Assembly (NCBI GenBank): GCA_017886375.1
Contig: JAGGNB010000081.1
Coordinates: 18,764 to 82,763 of the forward strand
Direction of reading: 5' to 3'
Source of the DNA: Octadecabacter sp.
Lineage (GTDB): Bacteria > Pseudomonadota > Alphaproteobacteria > Rhodobacterales > Rhodobacteraceae
Length of the DNA stretch: 64,000 bases
In this document: one piece after another, positions 19,066 through 28,195 of the stretch
How positions within the stretch are numbered: the first letter of the stretch is position 1
How the letters are laid out: each line of letters begins with the position of its first letter
Notes under the pieces: model-generated
Told to the model about the DNA's origin: nothing
The model's input: the letters and a program-made list of their open reading frames with translations, nothing else
The model's database searches: none
Translations under genes and position numbers: made by a program

Positions 19066-20652
19066 CTACTGAGCTGGACAGTCGAACACGGCAATCGTGC
19101 TTGCGTCGGGCAAGGTGGGTGCGAAGGCCTGTAGGGCGCTGCGCATCAGGTCTTCTTTGTCAGGGTCGATCAGAAAGAATTCTACTGTGCCAAATGACGC
19201 GGTGACTTGGGACGTGCTGAGTTGGGCGATGCGGCACCATTCTTGTGGCAGGCCCTCGTCGAACACCTCCTCGTAGAGCATGGCATAGGTTACGCCAGCG
19301 TCTGTTGTCATGCGGCGGATAGGCCCCGGTGTGCGGCCTTCGGCGTTGAACAACTGGCGCGCGGTTTCAGAGCCAAGCCCCCACAGATCGAGCACATATT
19401 CATCATTGCGGTAGGTCACCCACCCAAGGTCAATGACGGCAACCGGTTCCGAATACTCAACCGCGAAGCGGTGCATTTGATATTGTTGTTCATAAAGATT
19501 ACGCGCGGCGCGTGGTGTGACCACCGTATCGAGCAGATAGGTATAGCCGACGAACGGCAACACGAAGATCAGCAGACCGGGCGTTGTGATGCGGCGCGAC
19601 GGCGTTCCAATGATGGGTGCCCATACAATCAAAAGACCCGCAAATGCGGTGGCCATGATGTAGATTTCGTAGCGCGAAAACCAATCCCAACGGCCCACGA
19701 GTAAATGCGCAATGCTGGCTGTCGCCACGACGCATGCGACGGTGCGCGCCTGTGGGCGGTCGCGTGCAATGATTGCACCGCAGATGAGGGCGACGATGGC
19801 GACGGCAAGAATGCGGCCTTGGCGATCGGCAAGGCTGGCCTGAAGCGAGGCTAGCAATTCGCCAAAGATAATACCGTACTGCGAAGAGACTGCAGCGGCC
19901 GTTGTTGCTGATTTCACCATAACGGAACTGGGAACCAGCGGTAGGCCGAGTGATGCCATGAGCGCTGCGTAGCCGCCGACAAGTGTCAGAATGACCGCGC
20001 CGGTGATGATTGCGCGGGTCCAATGACCCCAAATTGCCACTGCGATAAGGGCCGCACCCGCAAGCGCAAAGCCTTCGAATCGTAATAATGGAGCTGCGAC
20101 GATAGCGACGAAAAACAGTAGCCTTGGCGGGTGGTTGCGCGACAGGCGCGACAGGCCAAGGATGATTGCAAGACTGGCGAAAACGTGGAGCGTGTGTTCC
20201 ATACCCGTGAACGCCAATGCGAACCCGTTAATCGCGAGGAGCAGTGCAGGGCCAGCGACATAGCCCAAAAGCGATACGCGTCCCGACGCTGATTTTCCCA
20301 AGGCATCCCAAAAGAAACCCGACATCAGCCAAGCCGCGCCGAGCGCGCCAATTACGTTCAGAACCAACGGGGCAAGATCGCCAAGGCCGAGGCCAAGCGC
20401 GCCAGCCAAAAGGAATGGGTACAGGATAGAGGACGAGGGGGACGCGACTTCATCCAAATTCACACCGTAATGGCCGCGCAGCAGGTTTTCGGCCAGCGAC
20501 AGGTGAATGTAGGGATCGTCGAGGGTGTACATCAATTGTCCTCCGGCGAACCGGAGGACAAAGAAAAGCAAGGTCGCGATGCCGATGAGACAGATCAGAA
20601 CGGAATACGCTTGAAAGCGAGTCCTGAGCGGAGACATCGGCAGGACTTGCAT
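19066..20652 (-). CDS. Polytopic GT-C glycosyltransferase-like protein (AftB-like motifs)
   Basis: DDPYIH after TM1, FTGMEH, LRFEG, VPSSVMVK; about 11-12 TM segments plus a C-terminal periplasmic domain; alternative start MSPLR at 20637. Confidence 0.6.
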   Translation of the reverse strand: MQVLPMSPLRTRFQAYSVLICLIGIATLLFFVLRFAGGQLMYTLDDPYIHLSLAENLLRGHYGVNLDEVASPSSSILYPFLLAGALGLGLGDLAPLVLNVIGALGAAWLMSGFFWDALGKSASGRVSLLGYVAGPALLLAINGFALAFTGMEHTLHVFASLAIILGLSRLSRNHPPRLLFFVAIVAAPLLRFEGFALAGAALIAVAIWGHWTRAIITGAVILTLVGGYAALMASLGLPLVPSSVMVKSATTAAAVSSQYGIIFGELLASLQASLADRQGRILAVAIVALICGAIIARDRPQARTVACVVATASIAHLLVGRWDWFSRYEIYIMATAFAGLLIVWAPIIGTPSRRITTPGLLIFVLPFVGYTYLLDTVVTPRAARNLYEQQYQMHRFAVEYSEPVAVIDLGWVTYRNDEYVLDLWGLGSETARQLFNAEGRTPGPIRRMTTDAGVTYAMLYEEVFDEGLPQEWCRIAQLSTSQVTASFGTVEFFLIDPDKEDLMRSALQAFAPTLPDASTIAVFDCPAQ

Positions 20653-20656
20653 AGGT

Positions 20657-20926
20657 TTAGCGGCGGATGCCCAAACGCTTTATGAGGTCCTGGTAACGGG
20701 CCTCATCTTTGCCTTTTGTGTAATCCAGCAATTTGCGACGCAGAGCGACCATTTTAAGAAGGCCACGGCGACCGTGGTTGTCCTTCTTGTGGATCTTAAA
20801 GTGCTCAGTCAGGGTCATGATGCGCGACGTAAGGACAGCAACCTGAACTTCGGGCGAACCAGTGTCGCCTTCTTTGATCGCAAATTCCTTCATCAGCCGT
20901 GTTTTGTCTTCTACAGTAATCGACAT
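20657..20926 (-). CDS. rpsO: 30S ribosomal protein S15
   Basis: [10 protein letters not shown]...[15 protein letters not shown]...LGIRR, 89 aa. Confidence 0.98.
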   Translation of the reverse strand: MSITVEDKTRLMKEFAIKEGDTGSPEVQVAVLTSRIMTLTEHFKIHKKDNHGRRGLLKMVALRRKLLDYTKGKDEARYQDLIKRLGIRR

Positions 20927-20929
20927 CGG

Positions 20930-21025
20930 GGTCTCCTTATTAAAAGGGTGGATGGCGCAAGCCGGGATGTCGTCCAGCAGGGCCCATGGAGGGTGAACCA
21001 GCCTGATGAACAAGCCGGATGGGCG
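20930..21025 (-). promoter_or_regulatory. Alphaproteobacterial S15 (rpsO) mRNA leader
   Basis: Motif gccctgctggacgacatcccggc upstream of the rpsO RBS; boundaries approximate. Confidence 0.55.
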
Positions 21026-21091
21026 CGTATAGGAAGATTCCCCCCCAAACGCAAAGAAAAAGAGTTGATCGGAACTGTCTGGAACGTTGGA

Positions 21092-22057
21092 TTATGTTTG
21101 GACCAATTGGACCGTACCAACGTCAAAGGCCGTCACACCATACAGGGATGCAACAGGTGCGCCGTTAGCAAGCAAGATGGTGCCATCAGCCGTTGATTGA
21201 GTTGTCAGTTCGGGCACGTTGCCTTCGTAGTTTAGAACCAAAAGGTCGTCGTCGGCGTAATCCATGATGGAAACAGTTCCGCCAGTGATTTCAAACCTGT
21301 CGGCGTCTGCGCCCCCTGACATGACGTCCCCATCGTTCCCGATAAGCGTGTCTTGTCCGTCGCTGCCATTTAGATAGTCCTTCTCGGCGATGTCTTCGCC
21401 GGTCACACCGTCAAGCACATCATTGCCTTCGCTGCCTTGCATATTGTCGGTCCCAGCGCCACCAATCAGGGTGTCATCGCCGTGCCCGCCCAGAAGCTCA
21501 TCGTTGCCAGATCCGCCATTGATGACATCGTCGCCATCGCCCGCATGAAGTTTATCATCACCGGTTCCACCAGACATGTCGTCGTCGCCAATGTAGCCGT
21601 ACACGAGGTCGTCCCCACCATCGCCAGACACAGTGTCGTCGCCAGCACCGCCGTGAACATGGTCATCACCGTCGCCACCCCAAAGGGTATCATCCCCGCC
21701 GCGACCGTCTAGGTAGTCATGGCTGGATTGACCAGCCGCGATGTCGTCGCCGTCATTCCCGAAGAATTCGTTATAGAGATCAACTGTTTCCGCACGGACA
21801 AGATCGGCGAAGGCTTCTTGATCGGTCGTGTTGTCTGCTATGTCGGTGACAGCCAGATCATCAATCAGGCCGCGTTCAGCATCCTCATCAATGTCGAGAA
21901 AGCCGCCAATGTCCGTTGTTTCAGGGTCATTTGTTTGCGGCGCTGCATCGTCTGTGGCACCTAACGGATCGGTGTCAGAGCCACCTGATAAAGTCGGGAA
22001 CCCGACGAATGCGGTTCCTGCGACGGCGAGGCCTAGAAGCCCAATAATGGCAAGCAT
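21092..22057 (-). CDS. RTX/hemolysin-type calcium-binding repeat protein
   Basis: Many GGxGxDxL nonapeptides; hydrophobic N-terminus. Confidence 0.88.
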   Translation of the reverse strand: MLAIIGLLGLAVAGTAFVGFPTLSGGSDTDPLGATDDAAPQTNDPETTDIGGFLDIDEDAERGLIDDLAVTDIADNTTDQEAFADLVRAETVDLYNEFFGNDGDDIAAGQSSHDYLDGRGGDDTLWGGDGDDHVHGGAGDDTVSGDGGDDLVYGYIGDDDMSGGTGDDKLHAGDGDDVINGGSGNDELLGGHGDDTLIGGAGTDNMQGSEGNDVLDGVTGEDIAEKDYLNGSDGQDTLIGNDGDVMSGGADADRFEITGGTVSIMDYADDDLLVLNYEGNVPELTTQSTADGTILLANGAPVASLYGVTAFDVGTVQLVQT

Positions 22058-22181
22058 ATCGTGTCACCTTTGATCATAAACAAGCAGCGAGCGCCGAAGA
22101 TTCGCCCATGCGCCGCACACCAATTAGTTGCGCCATCATACGTCCGAGCACCCATAAAGCCGCAAAATAGTGTGTAAATGG

Positions 22182-22721
22182 TTAACCAACGTCACCCTGA
22201 GCGGGATCATACGGGGGTAACCAAAGGTCTGGTTGTTGGGTGTAGGATATATAGAGGGGGTGTTTGGGATGGCCTGCTTTGGTCAGGCCAAGATGCAGAA
22301 GGTTTGCACCACTGGCACGCAAAAGGCGTTCGACATCTGCGCCACGATCGCGATGTTCACCGTGGGTCCCCCAGCCACAAATCGTGACGTCGGCCCAAGC
22401 AGCACCAGCACAAATCGCGCTGTCGTTTTCGTCGCCAATCGGGTCTTTGGCCGCGCGCATCTTTCGCGGATCAGTGTCGCGCCACGCAAAAATATTGGTC
22501 ACGCGAAAGCCGCCGTGCCCCAATGCGCGTGCGCGCCGTTCGCAGCGTTCCACAGTTGGATCATTTTGGATTTCGGTGGCTGTCGACGGGTTGAGCATGA
22601 CAAACTGAACCAAACTGCCCGTCGCGTCCCACACCCGCGTCAGCGAATAGCGATAGCGTTCGCAATCGGAATAAACGGCCGTTGAGGGCGCATCGCCTTT
22701 GGTATGCGTTCGAGTGATCAT
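22182..22721 (-). CDS. DUF1643 domain protein
   Basis: YRYSLTRVW, MLNPSTA, DPTVERC, GHPKHPLY. Confidence 0.9.
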   Translation of the reverse strand: MITRTHTKGDAPSTAVYSDCERYRYSLTRVWDATGSLVQFVMLNPSTATEIQNDPTVERCERRARALGHGGFRVTNIFAWRDTDPRKMRAAKDPIGDENDSAICAGAAWADVTICGWGTHGEHRDRGADVERLLRASGANLLHLGLTKAGHPKHPLYISYTQQPDLWLPPYDPAQGDVG

Positions 22722-22785
22722 GACTGGCTTATGACCTCGCCGCGCGAAATGTGCTAGAGTTGGCCTTCAAATGAAAGGATATCAC

Positions 22786-23154
22786 ATGAAACTTGGCGCA
22801 TTTTCCATCAGTTTGACGGTCAAAGACCTTGCAAAATCAGTTGCGTTTTACGGCGATCTTGGGTTTACGAGGTTCGGCGGAGCAGATGAGCACAATTACG
22901 CAATCATGAAAAATGGCGACACTTTGGTTGGCCTGTATCAGGGCATGTTTGAACGTAATATGCTGACGTTTAATCCTGGTTGGGACCAGTCCGCACAAGA
23001 GGTGAATCCGTTTGAAGATGTCCGCGATATCAAGGCGAAAGTGAAGGTCGCAGGGCATGAGGTGTCACAAGAAGCCGGTGAAGATACGGGGATTGGATCG
23101 TTCGTCGTGATCGACCCCGACGGCAACCCGATCCTGATTGATCAGCACCGTTGA
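22786..23154 (+). CDS. VOC/glyoxalase family protein
   Basis: SLTVKDL..S..FY..LGF; DPDGNPILIDQH. Confidence 0.88.
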   Translation: MKLGAFSISLTVKDLAKSVAFYGDLGFTRFGGADEHNYAIMKNGDTLVGLYQGMFERNMLTFNPGWDQSAQEVNPFEDVRDIKAKVKVAGHEVSQEAGEDTGIGSFVVIDPDGNPILIDQHR

Positions 23155-23193
23155 GCGGGCCTTCGGGGATTATTTTAGGTCACGAGAAAGCGA

Positions 23194-24099
23194 TTAGGCG
23201 CGCACGAATACCCGCGTTGGGTGAAGCTCGCCTGATTTGAACGTGCCGACGGCAATGGCTTGGCCCGCGTGGTCAGCCCAACATTCCTCGCCGTATTCGA
23301 CGTCGCCCATGACGAGGGCGGGATTGCCGTTGCGCAGTTTGGCGACACTCGATTCAGGACAATGCACGCGCGGCAAGTCGATGAGACCTGCCTCGAGCGG
23401 CAGGATCAGATGGTCGAGAGCGTCGGTTTTCGCGTGCGTATCCAACTGGTCCAGCGTGACGCCGTCTTTGGCATCAAACGGGCCAGACCAGACACGGCGC
23501 AATTCGCGCACGTGGCCAAAGCAACCCAAGGCATCGCCCAGATCACGGGCAATGGCGCGCACGTAACCGCCTTTGCCGCAGGTCATTTCAAGTTTGACGT
23601 GATCTGCATCAGGGCGATCTGTCAGCAACAGTTCTTCGACCCAAAGAGGGCGCGCTGCAATTTCGAATTCTTCACCATCTCGGGCGCGTTTGTACGCCCG
23701 TTCACCATCGATTTTGACGGCAGAAAAGAGAGGCGGTGTCTGCATGATATCGCCGACAAACTGGGCGAGCTGGGCTTTGATTTCGTCGTCTGTCGGGCGC
23801 TTGTCGCTTTCGGCAGTCACCTCGCCCTCGGCATCGTCGGTGTTGGTTTTCTGACCAAGACGCACGGTAAAGGTATAGGCCTTGAGCGCGTCGGTGATGT
23901 AGGGAACAGTTTTTGTCGCTTCGCCTAAAGCCACCGCCAAAACGCCAGTCGCGTCAGGGTCCAAGGTGCCCGCATGACCGGCCTTTTTCGCATCCAGTGC
24001 CCATTTCACTTTGTTGACAACAGATGTCGACGTGATGCCCGCTGGTTTGTCCACGACAAGCCACCCGTGTAGGTCGCGTCCTTTGCGTTTGCGTGCCAT
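23194..24099 (-). CDS. truB: tRNA pseudouridine(55) synthase
   Basis: [21 protein letters not shown]. Confidence 0.97.
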   Translation of the reverse strand: MARKRKGRDLHGWLVVDKPAGITSTSVVNKVKWALDAKKAGHAGTLDPDATGVLAVALGEATKTVPYITDALKAYTFTVRLGQKTNTDDAEGEVTAESDKRPTDDEIKAQLAQFVGDIMQTPPLFSAVKIDGERAYKRARDGEEFEIAARPLWVEELLLTDRPDADHVKLEMTCGKGGYVRAIARDLGDALGCFGHVRELRRVWSGPFDAKDGVTLDQLDTHAKTDALDHLILPLEAGLIDLPRVHCPESSVAKLRNGNPALVMGDVEYGEECWADHAGQAIAVGTFKSGELHPTRVFVRA

Positions 24100-24163
24100 G
24101 AAAACTCCGGTGTTTGATCAAGCTGGCGGGGTAGTCTGCTGGACGTGTCGCGTCAAGCGCAGG

Positions 24164-24868
24164 TCAGTTAAGCACGCCAACAATCGGGCCAAGTTGCCAG
24201 CCGAAATCCGAGCGGTTGAGGGCGGGAGCGTATAATCTGCTTACCTTACCGTCAAAATACAGCGCGTTGGGCAGAGCAAGGTGGTCACGAAACAGCGTGC
24301 CGAAATCGTGAAAGTTCACGGCCTCATTTGAGATCGCAAATACCGCGCGGGTGCCGTCGCTGGACGTGCCAACACCGTTGCGAATGAATTTGGAGGTGCC
24401 ATTCGTGAGGAAACGCGGATGTAGTGCGCCGTCAATCACAAGCATTGGACCGGATTGAACAGCGTAAGTGCAGTCAGGTTGGCGATCCAAGTAATCGAAG
24501 GTCTCAAACACCTGCAAGGTATCTGCGATGCAAAATATACCGTTTGGCAGCAGCCCGAAATTTCCCGGCCCATCTGACGAAATAACGCGGGATTCTTGCA
24601 CGCCGTCTTCGACGTAGTGCCCGACTGGATCACGGTCCTCATGGTACATGCCGGCATTCATCGCAAACGCGAGCGTGCGGCCCGTGTTATTTTCAACAGC
24701 TGAAAAACTGCCCAGTATGCCGCCATCACCATCGCGCAAGAAGAGTTGCAGGTCTTCGTCCGCTCTCACTTCACAAATCGTGTAGGACGCGCCCAAATAT
24801 TCTATATTCTGACAGGTTACTGCAGCAGCAGGAGACGCCAGCAGGAAAAGACCCGCCAGCCAGCGCAT
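24164..24868 (-). CDS. Phosphodiester glycosidase (NAGPA/YigE-like) family secreted protein
   Basis: FAMNAGMY, GNFGLLPNG, QSGPMLV, RNGVG, ALYFDG. Confidence 0.85.
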   Translation of the reverse strand: MRWLAGLFLLASPAAAVTCQNIEYLGASYTICEVRADEDLQLFLRDGDGGILGSFSAVENNTGRTLAFAMNAGMYHEDRDPVGHYVEDGVQESRVISSDGPGNFGLLPNGIFCIADTLQVFETFDYLDRQPDCTYAVQSGPMLVIDGALHPRFLTNGTSKFIRNGVGTSSDGTRAVFAISNEAVNFHDFGTLFRDHLALPNALYFDGKVSRLYAPALNRSDFGWQLGPIVGVLN

Positions 24869-25296
24869 CAGTCGGTGCCTTCGGAGTCGGGGCTCTCGGG
24901 CTCAGCGGCCACATCCTTGGCGACGCGGTCTTCAGCGAACATCACGCGGGTCGCATCCATGCGGTCATACATATCGTCAATGCGAAACCGCAGGTCCGGT
25001 GTGACCTTCAATTTCATGCCGCGCGATATAAGATGCCTGAGTTCGCCTTTGTTGCGCGCTAAGGCCGCAATCGCCACATCTGCGTCTTTGCCGCCGAGTG
25101 GCAGCACAAAGCAGGTCGCGATGCTCAGGTCGGGTGTCATGCGCACTTCGCCAACGGTGATGGACATGCGTTGCAAGTCGGGGTCATGGACCTCTCCGCG
25201 CTGCAATAATTCGGACATTGTCCGGCGGATCAATTCGCCCACGCGCAATTGTCGCGTTGTTGGGCCGTCCTTGCCTTGAAATCTGTTCTTTGCCAT
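24868..25296 (-). CDS. rbfA: Ribosome-binding factor A
   Basis: [10 protein letters not shown]...[10 protein letters not shown]; true start MAKNRF at 25296. Confidence 0.95.
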   Translation of the reverse strand: MAKNRFQGKDGPTTRQLRVGELIRRTMSELLQRGEVHDPDLQRMSITVGEVRMTPDLSIATCFVLPLGGKDADVAIAALARNKGELRHLISRGMKLKVTPDLRFRIDDMYDRMDATRVMFAEDRVAKDVAAEPESPDSEGTD

Positions 25297-25377
25297 GACG
25301 TCCATGTAAGGGGAATGCGTGGCATTGCCAAGCAGGTCCACGCGGATGTGACGGTCAAAATACAAAAGGATACCAAC

Positions 25378-26196
25378 ATGACGGATTTGCCGGGAATCGT
25401 GGTGACAGGTGGGTCTGGCCGAATGGGGCAGATGTTGATCAATGCGGTGCAGGCATCCGATGCCTGCGCGCTGGTCGGTGTGTTGGAACGAACGGGTCAT
25501 GATTGGGTTGGTCAGGACGTTGGTATTGCCATGGGCGGTGCAGCGATCGGCGTGACTGTCAGTGATGACGCCGTCACGACATTTGCAAAGGCGCAAGCGG
25601 TTATTGATTTTACGGCGCCAGACGCGACGATTGGCTTTGCCGAACTGGCTGCGCAAGCCCGCGCTGTGCATGTGATTGGCACGACGGGTTTGACGGACGG
25701 TGATATTGCAAAGCTGGACGCCGCGGCGCGCCATGCGGTGATTGTGCGTGCGGGGAATATGTCGCTCGGTGTGAATCTATTGGTGCAGTTGACCAAAAAG
25801 GTCGCTGCGGCCCTAGACGAAGATTTCGATATTGAGATCATCGAGGCACATCATCACCACAAGATCGACGCGCCGTCTGGGACCGCGTTGATGCTGGGCG
25901 AAGCGGCTGCACAGGGGCGTGGGGTGGCGCTGAAAGACGTTACCGATTCCGGGCGCGACGGCATCACAGGTGCGCGCAAGCGGGGCGATATCGGTTTTTC
26001 CGCGATCCGCGGTGGCGATATCGTGGGTGAACATGACGTTTTGTTTGCTGCAGCGGGAGAGCGGATCAAGCTGACGCATATTGCGACGGATCGCGCAATT
26101 TTTGCCCGTGGCGCGCTGAAGGCCGCGCTTTGGGGACAGACCCAAAAACCTGGGTCTTACAGCATGCTCGATGTTCTTGGCCTCAGCGATGAGTGA
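25378..26196 (+). CDS. dapB: 4-hydroxy-tetrahydrodipicolinate reductase
   Basis: [27 protein letters not shown]; RBS AAAGGA. Confidence 0.97.
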   Translation: MTDLPGIVVTGGSGRMGQMLINAVQASDACALVGVLERTGHDWVGQDVGIAMGGAAIGVTVSDDAVTTFAKAQAVIDFTAPDATIGFAELAAQARAVHVIGTTGLTDGDIAKLDAAARHAVIVRAGNMSLGVNLLVQLTKKVAAALDEDFDIEIIEAHHHHKIDAPSGTALMLGEAAAQGRGVALKDVTDSGRDGITGARKRGDIGFSAIRGGDIVGEHDVLFAAAGERIKLTHIATDRAIFARGALKAALWGQTQKPGSYSMLDVLGLSDE

Positions 26197-26219
26197 ACTA
26201 ATTTAAGGGTTCACACGTA
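26194..26219 (+). promoter_or_regulatory. Candidate RpoE (ECF11) promoter TGAACT-N16-CGTA
   Basis: Same geometry as the rpoE autopromoter in this window (TGATCC-N16-CGTA). Confidence 0.5.
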
Positions 26220-26250
26220 ACTGTAAGAAATGCAGTTACGGAGATCTGCC

Positions 26251-26610
26251 ATGTTTCGCACTTTTGCTTTGTCCATTGCCCTATGTGCGACCCTGCCAGT
26301 CAGCGTCCAAGCGTTTGAGCGCATCAGTGATCGCGAAATGTTTGTGAATACTGTCGATGGCAGAGAGCTTAAAATCACACTTTATGCGCTGACACTGAAT
26401 GTGCGCGCGGATGGCACCATCGTTGGTCGTGCTGCAGGTTGGGGCATCACAGGATCATGGATCTGGGAAGACGGGTATTTCTGTCGCGACATGGATTGGT
26501 CGGGCACGGAAATTGATTATAATTGCCAACTGGTTGAGGTGAGCGGCAATCGTATCCGGTTCACGACCGATCAAGGTGCGGGTGACGACGCGGTGCTGCG
26601 CATTCGCTAA
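26251..26610 (+). CDS. Secreted small beta-rich hypothetical protein
   Basis: Signal peptide ending VQA-F; G.W.WEDGYFCR...NCQ with two Cys; RBS GGAGA. Confidence 0.8.
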   Translation: MFRTFALSIALCATLPVSVQAFERISDREMFVNTVDGRELKITLYALTLNVRADGTIVGRAAGWGITGSWIWEDGYFCRDMDWSGTEIDYNCQLVEVSGNRIRFTTDQGAGDDAVLRIR

Positions 26611-26622
26611 CGTACAACGCCG

Positions 26623-26799
26623 CTAGAAATCAACGGCGATGCCTTTTCTTTCCCAATCGCCAAAACGAACGGGTTCAGGTCCGTCGCGACCACCAAGTTC
26701 TTCGGGAAGTTCCATTGCCTTTGCCTTTTCGCGACGATCGCTCGCCTCGGCAAGGGCGCGTTTGGCGGCATCGCTGATGTCTTTGGGTGCTTGGGTCAT
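26623..26799 (-). CDS. DUF1674 / SDH assembly factor 4-like protein
   Basis: ELGGRDGPEPVRFGDWERKGIAVDF C-terminus. Confidence 0.9.
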   Translation of the reverse strand: MTQAPKDISDAAKRALAEASDRREKAKAMELPEELGGRDGPEPVRFGDWERKGIAVDF

Positions 26800-26865
26800 G
26801 TCGGCTCCTTGCGGTGGTTGTGTGTGTGATATACGCCGCCTAGACCAATAGCCAAGGGGTAAGAA

Positions 26866-28143
26866 ATGTCGCAGCAACAAGGTCTAGGGCCACGCAGGGC
26901 CGCATTGTACATGCTGGATCAGGTTACAGGCGAGGGCAAATTGCTGCCGGAACTCATTGGGGAAGGCGCGTTGCAGCATCTTTCGCCCGAAGACCGTGCC
27001 CGCGCCCAGCGCCTCACGACTGAGACTTTGCGGGGACTGGCGCGTGCAGATCGCATGTTGGCGCGGTTCTTGGCCAAGACCCCGCCATTGTCGGTGCGAA
27101 ATGTTTTGCGGCTTTGCACGGTTGAACTGGCAGGCGGTGAAGCGGCGCACGGTGTGGTGAACGCTGGCGTTGAAATGGTTGCCCGCAGTCAGCGCACGTC
27201 ATCCATGAAGGGTCTTGTGAACGCAGTGCTGCGCAAAGTCGCTGCAGAAGGTCCCGAAGGATGGGCGCAATTGGCCACGCCGCGCATGCCCGGTTGGTTG
27301 CGCAGCCCGCTAAAAGACGCCTACGGGCCAGACGTTGTGGCCGCGATTGAAGTCGCGCAATTTGCTGGTGCGCCGCTGGACATCACCGCCAAGGGCGATC
27401 CGAACGCTGCAAACGAGACGCTGAAGGGCGAAATATTGCCGACGGGGACCATTCGACTGCGCGATGCGGGGCAGGTGTCCACCTTACCTGGGTTTGAGAC
27501 AGGCGATTGGTGGGTACAAGACGCTGCCGCTGCGATTCCTGTGCAAATTTTGGCGCCTCAACGCGGTGAAAAGATACTTGACCTGTGTGCGGCGCCCGGT
27601 GGCAAAACGATGCAGCTCGCCGCATCTGGTGCGGATGTAACAGCAGTGGATTCGTCCGAAGGGCGTATGATCCGGGTGGGCGAGAATTTGAAACGCACAG
27701 GGCTGAGTGCGACGACGATTACCGCAGACGCATTCGCGTTTACCGATGGCGGGTTTGACGCGGTTTTGTTGGATGCACCGTGTTCTGCCACAGGCACAAT
27801 CCGCCGCCACCCAGATTTGCCTTATGCCAAAGACGGGTCCGAATTTGGGATCCTGATCCAGCAGCAAGCGCGCATGATTGACCACGCGCTGAGCCTTCTG
27901 AAACCCGGTGGGCGGTTGGTCTTCTGCACCTGTTCACTGTTACCCGACGAGGGTGAAGTTCAAGTCGAAGAGGCGTTGGCACGTCACGCTGGTTTGACGG
28001 TCGACGCATCGGCGATTGATCGCGCGGGTATCGACCCCGCATGGCGCACCGAGGACGGCGGCCTGCGCCTGCGTCCCGACTACTGGGCGGAAAAGGGTGG
28101 CATGGACGGGTTTTATATTGCGCAATTGCGAAAGCCCGCGTGA
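26866..28143 (+). CDS. rsmB: RsmB/NOP family 16S rRNA m5C methyltransferase (Sun)
   Basis: NusB-like N-terminus, DLCAAPGGKT, DAPCSATG, TCS. Confidence 0.9.
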   Translation: MSQQQGLGPRRAALYMLDQVTGEGKLLPELIGEGALQHLSPEDRARAQRLTTETLRGLARADRMLARFLAKTPPLSVRNVLRLCTVELAGGEAAHGVVNAGVEMVARSQRTSSMKGLVNAVLRKVAAEGPEGWAQLATPRMPGWLRSPLKDAYGPDVVAAIEVAQFAGAPLDITAKGDPNAANETLKGEILPTGTIRLRDAGQVSTLPGFETGDWWVQDAAAAIPVQILAPQRGEKILDLCAAPGGKTMQLAASGADVTAVDSSEGRMIRVGENLKRTGLSATTITADAFAFTDGGFDAVLLDAPCSATGTIRRHPDLPYAKDGSEFGILIQQQARMIDHALSLLKPGGRLVFCTCSLLPDEGEVQVEEALARHAGLTVDASAIDRAGIDPAWRTEDGGLRLRPDYWAEKGGMDGFYIAQLRKPA

Positions 28144-28195
28144 CTTAAAACGTGACCCCGGCTGAAAAATGAAGGTATAAGTCGTTAACGCAAAG

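Noticed and set aside
21072-21085. LexA-like direct repeat GAAC-N6-GAAC upstream of rpsO
   Set aside because: The alphaproteobacterial LexA box needs N7 spacing; context is implausible
25297-25734. N-terminal extension of RbfA in the 288-aa ORF
   Set aside because: Antisense to dapB; RbfA homology starts at MAKNRF (25296)
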